Positions 10,448 through 20,202 of a stretch of 36,391 nucleotides of DNA are shown here, in pieces. Under the pieces are notes generated by a model. It was not told the origin of the DNA. It made no database searches and was given only the letters and a program-made list of their open reading frames with translations. Position numbers and translations under genes: made by a program. The stretch's first letter is position 1, and every line of letters starts with the position of its first letter. This stretch comes from a virus (taxonomy: Duplodnaviria; Heunggongvirae; Uroviricota; Caudoviricetes), in IMG/VR virus record IMGVR_UViG_2778261056_000002; one strand, given 5' to 3'.

Positions 10448-11009
10448 GCTGTTGCTCTCTTAATTCATCCAGACCACAGATATCTGCGCCGTATTGCGTA
10501 CCAATTCGCAGTAAATCCGGGTCAGGGTCTGACAGACGGCCGTGGTAACGGTTGAAAGCCATATCCGCTTCTGCACCGCGCTCCGGCCATTTGCCGTTTT
10601 CCAGCGCGTGCTCCACCCAGCGGGTATCAAACTCACAGGCAAACACGGACATTGCCCGCTCTGCCACGCCAGTGTTAAACAGCGTCCTGACCCGCCCGGG
10701 TTCGAAATAATCAATCTCCAGCCCCAAATCCTGACCGATCAGCAGGCGACGGACGGATTCAACCAGCAGGTTTGTACCGACCTCATCCCGGACGGTGCCT
10801 CCCTGTCTGGCGCTCTGTTCGCTGCGGGTGTTGTAATCACCCACCACAACCACAAAGCGTCCGGTGGCAATGTATTTCTGGCGTGACGTGGAATAGCGTT
10901 CGGTTTTCGCGATGCCGCCGAACGTCACCCAGGCTGCCGGAAGGCTGCGAACAATCCGGCCCGGGTCTTCATCCAGTTCACCGGCATAGGTGCGGACTTC
11001 CCGCACCAT
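10428..11009 (-). CDS. Neck / tail completion protein (Mu gp37-like)
   Basis: 193 aa ORF in head-tail joining block. Confidence 0.5.
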   Translation of the reverse strand: MVREVRTYAGELDEDPGRIVRSLPAAWVTFGGIAKTERYSTSRQKYIATGRFVVVVGDYNTRSEQSARQGGTVRDEVGTNLLVESVRRLLIGQDLGLEIDYFEPGRVRTLFNTGVAERAMSVFACEFDTRWVEHALENGKWPERGAEADMAFNRYHGRLSDPDPDLLRIGTQYGADICGLDELREQQHEQNEG

Positions 11010-11062
11010 TTTCCCCAGACCACAACGCAGACGTTCAACCAGCGCCCGTTCAATTTCAGTAA

Positions 11063-11494
11063 TCAGAATGCACCTCCCCGCGTGGACTCACGCCCGAACT
11101 GACGGGAGCCGGAGCGGATACGCACCTGTGACGATGACGGGATCACGCTGCCGGACGTATCCCGCCCGAGGTTGATTTGTCCTGCCGCGACTTTCTCCAG
11201 AAAGCGGATGGCGTCCCGGTAGCGCATCTGAATTTCTTCTGAGCTGATACGGTAATCGGTCGCCAGGTGATAACGGGCGATATCGCAGCAGTAACCCACC
11301 AGAATCCCCGGGCTGTCAGGCCACGGGGTCCGGTAACGCCCCACCAGATAGCCATCAATCTGGGCACTGGCGCGCGCAAGCGCGGAAGCCAGTTTTTCTT
11401 CGTCGATGAATCCCGTCATGTTTTCATCCGTCAGTGTGCGCGCCTCGCGTTCACTGAACGCCCTGATGAACTGTTCCGGTGTGGCGTAAGACAT
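11063..11494 (-). CDS. Head-tail connector protein (Mu gp36-like)
   Basis: 143 aa ORF (MSYATPEQFIRAF...); position after the capsid block. Confidence 0.6.
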   Translation of the reverse strand: MSYATPEQFIRAFSEREARTLTDENMTGFIDEEKLASALARASAQIDGYLVGRYRTPWPDSPGILVGYCCDIARYHLATDYRISSEEIQMRYRDAIRFLEKVAAGQINLGRDTSGSVIPSSSQVRIRSGSRQFGRESTRGGAF

Positions 11495-11497
11495 GGG

Positions 11498-11830
11498 TTA
11501 CTTCTCCTTTTTGTCCGCTTTCTGCGCTGCTTTAAGCGCAGCTGTCAGTTCCCGGATCTTCCCGCGCTCTTCTTCCAGCTGCGCCGTCAGTTCGCTGACT
11601 TTCTGGCGTTCGGCATCCAGCTGTGCGGCCAGCTCATTACCCCGGGCCGCGTCGTTCTGGCCGGACGCTTTATCGCGTTCGACCACAATCAGCATGGGGT
11701 CAGCCTTCAGCACCGCCAGCTGTTCCGGGGTGAACGCATCCGCAGGCCATGCCTTCGTGGTTGCGCTGTGTGCCACACCGCAGCGGCGAAAACCCTCACG
11801 GCGGGCGGTAATTTCAATCACCTTTTCCAT
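11498..11830 (-). CDS. Hypothetical head protein with coiled-coil C-terminus (Mu gp35 position)
   Basis: 110 aa ORF immediately downstream of the major capsid gene. Confidence 0.45.
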   Translation of the reverse strand: MEKVIEITARREGFRRCGVAHSATTKAWPADAFTPEQLAVLKADPMLIVVERDKASGQNDAARGNELAAQLDAERQKVSELTAQLEEERGKIRELTAALKAAQKADKKEK

Positions 11831-11833
11831 GCA

Positions 11834-12784
11834 TTACTCCGTCGTACCATCTGAACCAAATGCCATCTGCCAGAAGCCGTAACCGCCGTTACAGCGCGCT
11901 TCGGCACCAAACAGGAACTTCTTACGCTTGAACACGTTGTCGCTGTTGTAGTCCGTCTGCTCCACAAAAACAGGCTTTTTACGCAGCTGATAAATCAGCG
12001 GTTTCACCGGTTTGGTGGTGTCAAACAGGAACCACGCAGAATCCGACGCCAGCTCCGGCATCACCAGCACTTCGGCGGTATTACGGTACGGGTTTGGTGT
12101 ACCGTCCGGGAACTTCTCGGCGGTCATCAGGTAGTTCGCGTCATCCTCCAGCGCCGGTGGCACAACCAGCAGATTCGGGCGAATTTTGAGGGATGCGCCT
12201 TCGTCATCTTTCAGACTACGCATGGCCGTACGGGCGGCACCGTAGGAGGCTTTCGCCTCGGCAAGCGAGCCAACTTTGAGTTTTTTGGTGCCTTTGTTGG
12301 ACACCGATTTACCGGCGACCAGGTGGTCGGTATCAAAGAACATCTGACCGTCGTAACATGGATTGGTAAAACCGTTACTGATAAGGGACGCCACAATATC
12401 TGCCGGTAGCTCTGCTGCCGACTGCCCGGCTCCTTTCGCCTGAAGGGCATAGCCCATAATCTGGTCGTCCTCGATGTCGTTACGATCGACTTCAACCGTG
12501 GCTTCCCAGTCCTTGTTACGGATGGTGTAGTTAAATGCCGCCAGTGATTTGACGACCTTGTCACCAATCCACTCGCGCATTTTCGGGAAACGACTTAACC
12601 AGCTGTAGTCGTTTTCCTTGCCGTTTGATGGCACTTCCATTGCCACCTTCTGCCAGTCAGTTGGCGACTGGTCGAAGGCTTTCTGGAAGGTGGCCTTCAG
12701 ATTGATAAAAATCTGTTTGACGTTTTTAACGTTGACTAACACGTTTTGCTCCTTAACTGAAATAAACCCAGACGCCATCGCCAC
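11834..12784 (-). CDS. Major capsid protein (Mu T-like)
   Basis: 316 aa ORF downstream of protease/scaffold gene; sequence recognised as Mu-like major head subunit. Confidence 0.8.
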   Translation of the reverse strand: MAMASGFISVKEQNVLVNVKNVKQIFINLKATFQKAFDQSPTDWQKVAMEVPSNGKENDYSWLSRFPKMREWIGDKVVKSLAAFNYTIRNKDWEATVEVDRNDIEDDQIMGYALQAKGAGQSAAELPADIVASLISNGFTNPCYDGQMFFDTDHLVAGKSVSNKGTKKLKVGSLAEAKASYGAARTAMRSLKDDEGASLKIRPNLLVVPPALEDDANYLMTAEKFPDGTPNPYRNTAEVLVMPELASDSAWFLFDTTKPVKPLIYQLRKKPVFVEQTDYNSDNVFKRKKFLFGAEARCNGGYGFWQMAFGSDGTTE

Positions 12785-13148
12785 AGATGCCGATCACTTT
12801 ACCGGCGACAGGACGGGCGCTGCTGTTGTCGGTTTTTGCCACGGTCACGCTGTCTTCCACGTAACACAGCTTACCGACCTGCGATTGTGTGACCGGGTCT
12901 GAGGTGCTGTTCGCCATCAGAAAGGCTTTGCCGCAACGCACCAGAACGGTGACATCACCATCGCTGCCGGTGCTGTTATCCGCCCAGCCATCAGACACGC
13001 CCAGCGTAATCTGTGAGGCCGTGGCACTGGCCGGAACGGCATAACCGGATGCGTTAACGGCCACCATATGACCGCCAAAAATTTCGGTTGCAGCGGCAAC
13101 CGGCACCGGGTTCAGCTCGCCGTCACGGTAGGGGGTATTGCGATCCAT
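12753..13148 (-). CDS. Capsid-associated protein, DUF2190-like (possible decoration/cement protein)
   Basis: 131 aa ORF between protease and capsid genes. Confidence 0.5.
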   Translation of the reverse strand: MDRNTPYRDGELNPVPVAAATEIFGGHMVAVNASGYAVPASATASQITLGVSDGWADNSTGSDGDVTVLVRCGKAFLMANSTSDPVTQSQVGKLCYVEDSVTVAKTDNSSARPVAGKVIGICGDGVWVYFS

Positions 13149-14318
13149 TTACTTATCTCCTGCGTAACGGGCGACATCCTCTGGATCAACGCCCATCATT
13201 GAACAAATGGCGATATCGACATCAACGTCATCGCCGGTTTTAATCTGCGCCGAAGCCGGTGACGGCGTTTTGGGTGGTTTGCCGCCGGTCTGGGTGCTGC
13301 TGAGTGCGGCAAGCGGGGTGGTTTTATCCAGCCAGGTTTTAAAACCGTTGATATCGCGACGAGCGTAATCTTTCGCCCAGTCTTCCAGCGTCGGAAGCAG
13401 TCGCCCGTCAGACAGCGCCGCCTGAATCAGTGCCCCGGCTTCGGCCTCACCGGACTGTTGCGCCAGTGCGGCATAACGCCCCTGAAGTTCTTCATATGCC
13501 GTCAGAGGAATATGCTTCGTCGGGTCATAGGCATTTGCTGACAGGCTGGCGATTTGCTCGTCTTTCTGATTCAGCAGGGTCAGCAGACCAACAGAAGCCG
13601 CTGCCGTTCCTTTGCCACCAGAGACAGCATCAATAATTTTTTGCAGCTCTGCGCAGACTTCCTCTTCGGTTGAGGTTTCCGGCAGCGTCAGCAGCCAGCG
13701 TAACTGCGCGAGTAAATTTGCTAATTGTTCCGGGTTCACGGTTTTGGTCTCCGTTTCAGTTGACAGACTCGCCAGACGGCTGGCCGCAGCCAGCATGACC
13801 GCGTCCATACCGTCCAGCGCAGGGGTATTGGTCAGCGCAGCATGTAACAGCTCCAGCACTTCGCCGCGCTTGTTGTAGGCAAAAACAGGGGAAATAAACT
13901 TGTACTCACCGGCGGCAATCATGGCCGCCGCGTTCTCCGTCCACTCCACACCGGTGGCATACAGGCCCGCACCTTCTCGCCATTCCACCTGGCTGAACCA
14001 GCCCGCCGCCGGGGCGGGCTTGCCGTTGTTTACGGCGCGCAGCGTCTGATGTTCGTAATCAATGACAAAAGGCGTGGCGCGGGCGGCCACCTGTGCGACA
14101 AGCTGCGCGGCCAGTCCGGCAGTCAGCACCCATTTACCGCTTTCGACTTCATCGGTATGTGGGCGACCATCCACCGCGCTGAACTCGCCCGCCGGAAACA
14201 GCTGGATTTCGCTGTGGGTTGCTTTAGTAATTTCGAGGCTTAACGCCGCAATGTTCATCTTCATACGCGGCATGATGACGGAAGGGGAACACGGGGTACT
14301 GTGGAGGGTGTTCAGCAC
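13149..14318 (-). CDS. Head maturation protease / scaffold (Mu I-like)
   Basis: 389 aa ORF with long coiled-coil C-terminal half; precedes capsid gene; true start may be internal (MPRMKMN...). Confidence 0.75.
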   Translation of the reverse strand: MLNTLHSTPCSPSVIMPRMKMNIAALSLEITKATHSEIQLFPAGEFSAVDGRPHTDEVESGKWVLTAGLAAQLVAQVAARATPFVIDYEHQTLRAVNNGKPAPAAGWFSQVEWREGAGLYATGVEWTENAAAMIAAGEYKFISPVFAYNKRGEVLELLHAALTNTPALDGMDAVMLAAASRLASLSTETETKTVNPEQLANLLAQLRWLLTLPETSTEEEVCAELQKIIDAVSGGKGTAAASVGLLTLLNQKDEQIASLSANAYDPTKHIPLTAYEELQGRYAALAQQSGEAEAGALIQAALSDGRLLPTLEDWAKDYARRDINGFKTWLDKTTPLAALSSTQTGGKPPKTPSPASAQIKTGDDVDVDIAICSMMGVDPEDVARYAGDK

Positions 14319-14356
14319 CCTGCCATAACGGGAAAGGATAAAAGGGGAAATAAAAC

Positions 14357-14381
14357 CGTTTTTAAAACCCTTTTAAAAACG
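14357..14381. promoter_or_regulatory. Perfect palindrome CGTTTTTAAAA-CCC-TTTTAAAAACG in the G-I intergenic gap
   Basis: 11 bp arms are exact reverse complements; it sits in the only sizeable non-coding gap of the morphogenesis block. Confidence 0.4.
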
Positions 14382-14473
14382 ATTCTGACAGCATTTACGG
14401 GGTGCAGTGCTGTAATGCCTCATCCGTGAGGCGTTTATGTTGTCACATGCGATTACAGCGCGTTTGTCGCCAT

Positions 14474-15025
14474 TCAGTCAATCACACGCGCAAAATAGCG
14501 GTTTGCGGTGTTCTCCAGCTCGTCGATGTCGTCCTGCACAAGCTGAAGGAAGGGGCGCGCGGGCATGTTGACCGTATATGCCCCGACTGTTGCGCTCTGC
14601 ACAAAATTACTGTTGCGCTTTTTCACAAAGCGGGGGCTGACGCTGCCGTTTTTGTACTGTTTAAAATACAGGTTCTGCGTCCGTGCCTGATGGCGGATTT
14701 CGCCGCCTTCGTTGTGGATACGGGCATAACGGACATTTGTCCCGACCGTGGCCTCGTTATTGTTAACCGCAGAGCGGATACTGGCAGCCAGTCGCCCGGA
14801 CTTCTGAAGGATTTGCCCGGGGCCGCGTCGCTTCGCATAAGCCGGACTCCAGCCCATCCATTTCGGGCGACCCTGTTGTTCAAAGTTAGTCTCAACCGCA
14901 TCCAGCATGGAGCCTGCAAGTGCCGTCATCAGGTCGCGCCGGTCCTTCACGGAACGAATCAGTTTCCCCAGCGTGGTGTTATACGCGCTTAAATCAATCT
15001 TAATATCCAGTTTACCGCTGCTCAT
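14474..15025 (-). CDS. Virion morphogenesis protein (Mu G-like)
   Basis: 183 aa ORF downstream of the F-like gene. Confidence 0.7.
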   Translation of the reverse strand: MSSGKLDIKIDLSAYNTTLGKLIRSVKDRRDLMTALAGSMLDAVETNFEQQGRPKWMGWSPAYAKRRGPGQILQKSGRLAASIRSAVNNNEATVGTNVRYARIHNEGGEIRHQARTQNLYFKQYKNGSVSPRFVKKRNSNFVQSATVGAYTVNMPARPFLQLVQDDIDELENTANRYFARVID

Positions 15026-16188
15026 GATGCCTCCGGGGTGTCCTGCATAACCCAGTCTGTCAGCACGTCATCCTCAACCGTCACCACCGACCAGCGGTCG
15101 CCTGACTGTAACGCATACCGCCACGCGTTACCGTCCTGCGTGACATGCTCCGCCCGTTCGATGGTCTGCTGCATCAGCGCATAGTCGGCGGCAGTCGGGG
15201 GCGTGTTTGCTGCACTGAGGCGCTTCATGACGTCAGCCGTAAGGTTTACCGTCTGCCGTGCAGCGCCCGTGGCGGCGACCTGTTCCGGTGAACGGATGGC
15301 CAGCGGATATCGCTGGCGCGCATCCAGTTCGCTGACGTTCGCCAGCCCCCGTGCAAAATCCGGCCCGGTCAGGGTGCCGGTGACATACTGGCGGGCGCTG
15401 CGGTAATCGTATTTTTCCAGTTCCGGCTGCCATGCCACCCGACCGGGATTAAATCCGAAGCCCGGGTCGGCGGTATACACGGAACCGTCCGGCATCTTCA
15501 GCCCCATTGTTCTGATGGTCTGGCCCGGCTGGCCATATTCCTGTTCAACCTCAACCAGTCGCCCCTCGCTGCTCTGCACCGTCAGGCCATATTTCTCCAC
15601 ATCTGACGCCGAACGCGCCCGGATACGGCAGCGGCATCCGTATCCGTCAGGCGCGTAGAAATACTCCCAGACCGGGTCATCCGCCCGGGCGGTAAAGCCG
15701 TTCAGGGCGGCGTGTTTCGGGCGGGTGTGAAGGTCCATCACCGCCACCCGCTCAAAATAAGGCCGGTCAGCCACGTTCGCCATCTGTTGCTGATAACGCC
15801 CGGCGTTGTAGGACGACTGAATATTGGTATCAAATATCGTGCGCAACCGGCGCGGCGTCAGTTGTCTGCCGTACAGTTCGCCGGTGTCCTCGTCCACAAT
15901 CAGCCGCTTACCCAGCCAGCCTTTTTTCTCCAGCAGCGGCTCCAGTTGTGCGGCAAACTCCCGGAACGTCCCGCCGTCAGCCAGTGCCGCCGTCAGGCCA
16001 TCACGGATATCCTTCAGAACATCCAGTTTCAGCACGCCCGCCACCGTGAACGCCCGGGCGTGTGCGATGTCCTTCACATCGTGCCAGCGGAAGCCGATGA
16101 CGTATCCCTTGCTTTCGAAATACTTAATCGCTTCTTCCGGCTTCAGGGTGTACGCATAACCCAGGTCAACATCGTCAACAGTCGGCAT
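15022..16188 (-). CDS. Head morphogenesis protein (Mu F/gp30-like)
   Basis: 388 aa ORF coupled to portal gene. Confidence 0.75.
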   Translation of the reverse strand: MPTVDDVDLGYAYTLKPEEAIKYFESKGYVIGFRWHDVKDIAHARAFTVAGVLKLDVLKDIRDGLTAALADGGTFREFAAQLEPLLEKKGWLGKRLIVDEDTGELYGRQLTPRRLRTIFDTNIQSSYNAGRYQQQMANVADRPYFERVAVMDLHTRPKHAALNGFTARADDPVWEYFYAPDGYGCRCRIRARSASDVEKYGLTVQSSEGRLVEVEQEYGQPGQTIRTMGLKMPDGSVYTADPGFGFNPGRVAWQPELEKYDYRSARQYVTGTLTGPDFARGLANVSELDARQRYPLAIRSPEQVAATGAARQTVNLTADVMKRLSAANTPPTAADYALMQQTIERAEHVTQDGNAWRYALQSGDRWSVVTVEDDVLTDWVMQDTPEAS

Positions 16189-17770
16189 TCAGTCGCCCCC
16201 AGATATCCGCCACAAAGAATGCCTGCGTCAGCAACTGCCGCAACGTTTCATCCGGCAGCTCCGGCCACGCTTCCGCCAGTACGTTCATAGCCTCGTCTGC
16301 ATCCCGGCCTTCCTGTATGGCCTGCACCAGTGGGGCCACCAGTTCGTTCATCCCCTGCGCGATGGCCTCTGCCGGAAGCTCTGCCCGGTCGATGGCGTTC
16401 TGTGCCGGGTCGTCCTCCCCGTTGTCCTGCTGACTGAGTGCGGCAACATTCATCCGCTCACGCAGCTGGCTGAGGCCAGCCTGCACAGGGAGAGACTGTG
16501 CCACCGGCACCAGCACCTCTTCGCCGTCTTTCGGGGTGGGGATGCCGGTTTTTTTGCGCACCCACGACGCCGGGATATCCTTCATCCCCACATTGTTGAG
16601 CAACACGCTGACGGCTTTCGCCACGCCCTTAATGTCAGCTTCCTGCTGCACATCAAACACCAGGCGCGGAAGACGGCGTGACGGGATATCCTGCCAGCCG
16701 TTGAGACTGGCCATCATCTGTATCAGACTGCTGAACATGCCGGACAGCTGGCGTGCATCAGCGGTCAGAATGTCGTGCCGGACCTCGTTATGGACATTAC
16801 CCAGTGCGTTGGTGGAGGTTTTACCGTCGGCCTGGCTGGTCAGCGTACTGCCCAGAATCACTTTTGAGGTGGTACGCTCCGCCCATTCCACCATCGACAT
16901 GAACGCCTCCGGTCCGCCGGATGCGGCTTCCTTGAACTCGATTTCGTTACCCTGCGGCAGGGCTGCCACCGCTTCATGACCCAGATTGACCAGCGCCTCA
17001 AGAATGTTATCCCGGTCTTCGTCACTGGTGCCCTGTGCATAGTAGGCAATGCGCGCCGGAAGGCCGTAAATCTCCAGAAATTCCGCCATATCACGCAGCG
17101 CAAAGTTTTTAAACAGATACGGCCAGACCAGTACGCGGAACAGGCCGGATGAACCCAGGAACCCCGACCGGGCGTTGTAACGGTGAACCAGCCAGCCGAA
17201 TGGCCACAATGCGGAACCGTCCTTACCGTCTTCCCCACGGTTGCCGTCATCCAGCCGGAGTTCGTCATTGTGTTCCGGCAGGGTAATAAACCAGTTATGC
17301 GGGCGCAGCGTCACCGCATCCGGTAACCACGTTTTATCCACGAACGCCCAGCTGATTTCCTGACAACTGAAGCCATAACCGACACTGGTCATCCCGTTGA
17401 GGATGATGTCCTCCATGTCCGGGATGCCGTGCAGCCACTCATCCACGGCGGCAGTCAGCTCCTTTTCTGCCTTCGAGGCATTGCGGGGCGGCTCCACCGA
17501 CCAGTCCAGCGTCAGCAACGCTTTTTTGCGCTTTTCCATCTCGGCAAACAGATGACCATCACGCTCTTCCATATCCGCAAACAGCATCGCCTGCGCCGGA
17601 AGATAGCCGCGTTCGGCAGCTTCCAGAATGCGTGGCAGTTTTCTGATGTTCAGACCACGGGACGGGTGGTCGGGATAAATGCGCAGCCGTTCCGCCACTC
17701 TGACCGACTGCGTGGTTTTGAGTGCCTCACGTTTCAGCGGGCGTCCGTAAATATCAACAAGCTGTGCCAT
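16175..17770 (-). CDS. Portal protein (Mu gp29-like)
   Basis: 531 aa ORF directly downstream of terminase large subunit. Confidence 0.8.
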   Translation of the reverse strand: MAQLVDIYGRPLKREALKTTQSVRVAERLRIYPDHPSRGLNIRKLPRILEAAERGYLPAQAMLFADMEERDGHLFAEMEKRKKALLTLDWSVEPPRNASKAEKELTAAVDEWLHGIPDMEDIILNGMTSVGYGFSCQEISWAFVDKTWLPDAVTLRPHNWFITLPEHNDELRLDDGNRGEDGKDGSALWPFGWLVHRYNARSGFLGSSGLFRVLVWPYLFKNFALRDMAEFLEIYGLPARIAYYAQGTSDEDRDNILEALVNLGHEAVAALPQGNEIEFKEAASGGPEAFMSMVEWAERTTSKVILGSTLTSQADGKTSTNALGNVHNEVRHDILTADARQLSGMFSSLIQMMASLNGWQDIPSRRLPRLVFDVQQEADIKGVAKAVSVLLNNVGMKDIPASWVRKKTGIPTPKDGEEVLVPVAQSLPVQAGLSQLRERMNVAALSQQDNGEDDPAQNAIDRAELPAEAIAQGMNELVAPLVQAIQEGRDADEAMNVLAEAWPELPDETLRQLLTQAFFVADIWGRLNADC

Positions 17771-17773
17771 TAA

Positions 17774-19414
17774 TTACCATCCTCCTGAACCAAAACGCCC
17801 GCCACGGTCACGCCCGGTGCTGCGTGGGGTGTGTATCTGAAATTTTGCGCTGCGCGATACCGCCAGCGTCCACAGCATGTGCAGACAGTCCGGGCCATCA
17901 TCGTGGTCGGCTTTGGGGTAGTGGCGCAGCTGGTCAATCAGTGTCTGATGTGTGTGACTGATGCGGATCAGGCCGTTGGCCATATGCGGCTGAAGGGATT
18001 CGATACGCAGCGCCTTATCCTCCAGCGGGATGACCGGCAGCGCCGGAACCGGCACACCCAGCGCCGCCGAACGCTCAACCAGCACGGTACGCAGAAACTC
18101 CTGAAACTGGACGGACTCAAACGACCAGCACAGGCAGTGATATTCACGCTGATACTTGATCACGTCTTCGATAAGTTTATTCGGCAGACGTCGGCGGATA
18201 TCGGCTTCAACCACATCCAGAATGCCGGTAAAGCGGTTAAAGCCCCCCACGAGAATGGCCGACGGGTCGCGGTTTTTATTCTTCTTCCCGAGGCTGGGGT
18301 CAACAGCGCCGTAGAACACCCATTCATCAAGACGGTTAACCCAGAACTTAATGCAGCCCGCAAACAGCGCATCTTCACCGCTGACCGGGTCGTTCTGGTA
18401 TTCAGAATCAAAGGTGTCATGACCGTCACGAACACGGATTTTCATCAGTGCCAGCAGGGGACGCGCCGCCCATGACACCACCGACCCGGCGAGCATGTCG
18501 GCTTCGTTCTGTCGGTAAAGTGCCTCCGCTGCTTCCGGCTGTTTGTTGCGGATGAGTTCTTCCCACTCGTCCCACAGCTTCATATTGGCAGGCCACTGAA
18601 TAACGGCCTTAAAGCGGGCTGTTTTCCACATCGGGTTATTCAGCGTGCGCGACAGCACGGAGTCGTAATGCAGGATGGTTCCGATATAAATAATATCGGT
18701 TTTACCGCCAGCCTCGCCCAGCGGCATCACGGTTTTGGTGAGCCAGTCATGCAGCTTGTCGCGCTGCTCCGGGTTACGCACCATCTCGTCGTTCTCGATG
18801 TCGTCGAGGATAACCAGGTCAGGACGGTACGGACCGTGGCGCAGACCACGCAGCTTTTTACCACTACCGGCAACGGTCACCTTGATATTGTTGGCCGTGA
18901 CGATGGTCCCCATACGCCAGACGCGACCCTGCCCGCACACCTCCGGGAAATCGTTTTTTAAACGGGGGTTAAATTCCAGTTCAGCCTTGATGGCTTCCAG
19001 CATCGGATAAGCCTGGTCGATACTGTCCATAATGATGACCGGATAATGCTTAATGGCCCGGATAATGTTCCACAGGGTAAACAACTGAGTCACCAGCGTG
19101 GATTTTGCTTCACCACGGGGGGCGGCGATGGCGTCGTTCTCCGGGGCCGGGCTTGCCACAACCTGTGGCAGACGGCTGAACAGGTATTTATGCAGCTCAC
19201 TTTTTGCCGGGTTGCGGACGTAATGCGGGAAATAGTTTTCGACAAAATAATCGTAGCCCGTCACCGGATCGCAGACTGCCGCCCGGCGGGCCTGTGTGGC
19301 CTGTGGGTTAACATCGAACCCCAGACATTCAGCCTCAATGGTCTGGCGGAGGTTGGCGATGTACTCCTGCAGGCTTCTCTGAAACTCTTTAATGGAAAGT
19401 TTACGTTTTGCCAC
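17774..19414 (-). CDS. Terminase large subunit (Mu gp28-like)
   Basis: ORF track gives 17774..19471 starting at TTG; that start overlaps the methyltransferase gene by 56 nt. A GTG at about 19414, 1 nt after the methyltransferase stop and preceded by AGGTG, is the more plausible start. Confidence 0.8.
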   Translation of the reverse strand: MAKRKLSIKEFQRSLQEYIANLRQTIEAECLGFDVNPQATQARRAAVCDPVTGYDYFVENYFPHYVRNPAKSELHKYLFSRLPQVVASPAPENDAIAAPRGEAKSTLVTQLFTLWNIIRAIKHYPVIIMDSIDQAYPMLEAIKAELEFNPRLKNDFPEVCGQGRVWRMGTIVTANNIKVTVAGSGKKLRGLRHGPYRPDLVILDDIENDEMVRNPEQRDKLHDWLTKTVMPLGEAGGKTDIIYIGTILHYDSVLSRTLNNPMWKTARFKAVIQWPANMKLWDEWEELIRNKQPEAAEALYRQNEADMLAGSVVSWAARPLLALMKIRVRDGHDTFDSEYQNDPVSGEDALFAGCIKFWVNRLDEWVFYGAVDPSLGKKNKNRDPSAILVGGFNRFTGILDVVEADIRRRLPNKLIEDVIKYQREYHCLCWSFESVQFQEFLRTVLVERSAALGVPVPALPVIPLEDKALRIESLQPHMANGLIRISHTHQTLIDQLRHYPKADHDDGPDCLHMLWTLAVSRSAKFQIHTPRSTGRDRGGRFGSGGW

Positions 19415-19415
19415 G

Positions 19416-20156
19416 TCACACCTGCGCTGCTTCTGCCTGCGCTTTTTCGAGACGTGCGCAAGCGATATCAAAATACTGGTTAGTCATTTCAATGCCGGTA
19501 AACCGTCCGCCACGGGCAAGTACAGGGATGGCGGTGGTGCCGCTTCCCATAAACGGATCGAGAACGTGCGCATCCGGTGCCAGCGGTTTAACCAGCTCGG
19601 ACATCAGCTGAACCGGCTTTGCCGTCATGTGCAGTTTTTCGGACGGGACAACACGCTGCGTAATCACACCCGGGAACGGGCCACCGTGCGGGCATTTGTC
19701 GAGTTTTCCGTTGCTGCCCCAGACCACATACTCGGCCTGATGCCGGAAATAGCCGGTGTGTGGCGCACGGGAAGCCTGCGTTTTATCCCAGACAACCAGA
19801 CCACGCCACAGCACACCACCGGCCTGAAATGCATCGGTAAGCGCTGGTAGTTGTCGCCAGTCACTGAACACCATGAAATAACCGCCGGGATTCAGCCTGT
19901 GCAATGCATGAGATATCCACATGGAACACCAGAACGCCCAGCTGCGCTGGTCGCGGTTGTCGCCGGTGAACTCGGCATACTGAGTGTGACCGACATACTT
20001 GTCCGAAGGGGCCATGCTGCGGTCTGATTTGTGTGTGCCACCACTGCTGTAAGGCGGGTCGGTAATGACGGCATCAAAACGTTCAGATAACGCTGGCAGC
20101 ACATCAAGAACATCACCGCAATACAACGTTGCGTTACCAATAATCTGTTTTTGCAT
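19416..20156 (-). CDS. DNA methyltransferase, beta-class amino-MTase (DPPY motif before FxGSG motif; probably N6-adenine)
   Basis: 246 aa; VITDPPYSS (motif IV) near the N-terminus and DPFMGSGTT (motif I) near the C-terminus; no adjacent restriction endonuclease. Confidence 0.8.
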   Translation of the reverse strand: MQKQIIGNATLYCGDVLDVLPALSERFDAVITDPPYSSGGTHKSDRSMAPSDKYVGHTQYAEFTGDNRDQRSWAFWCSMWISHALHRLNPGGYFMVFSDWRQLPALTDAFQAGGVLWRGLVVWDKTQASRAPHTGYFRHQAEYVVWGSNGKLDKCPHGGPFPGVITQRVVPSEKLHMTAKPVQLMSELVKPLAPDAHVLDPFMGSGTTAIPVLARGGRFTGIEMTNQYFDIACARLEKAQAEAAQV

Positions 20157-20202
20157 TACAAATCCCGAATATCAGACGGCCCGGAAAACCGGGCCGCTGT
20201 GG

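Noticed and set aside
12211-12567. 118 aa minus-strand ORF inside the major capsid gene (similar cases at 16858..17268 and 18160..18435)
   Set aside because: Alternative-frame ORFs embedded in large, well-supported structural genes; Arg/Pro-rich products typical of off-frame translation.
14319-14473. Possible anti-CRISPR locus between G and the protease gene, as in Pseudomonas Mu-like phages
   Set aside because: The gap is only 155 bp and my translation of it shows only a 6-codon ORF.
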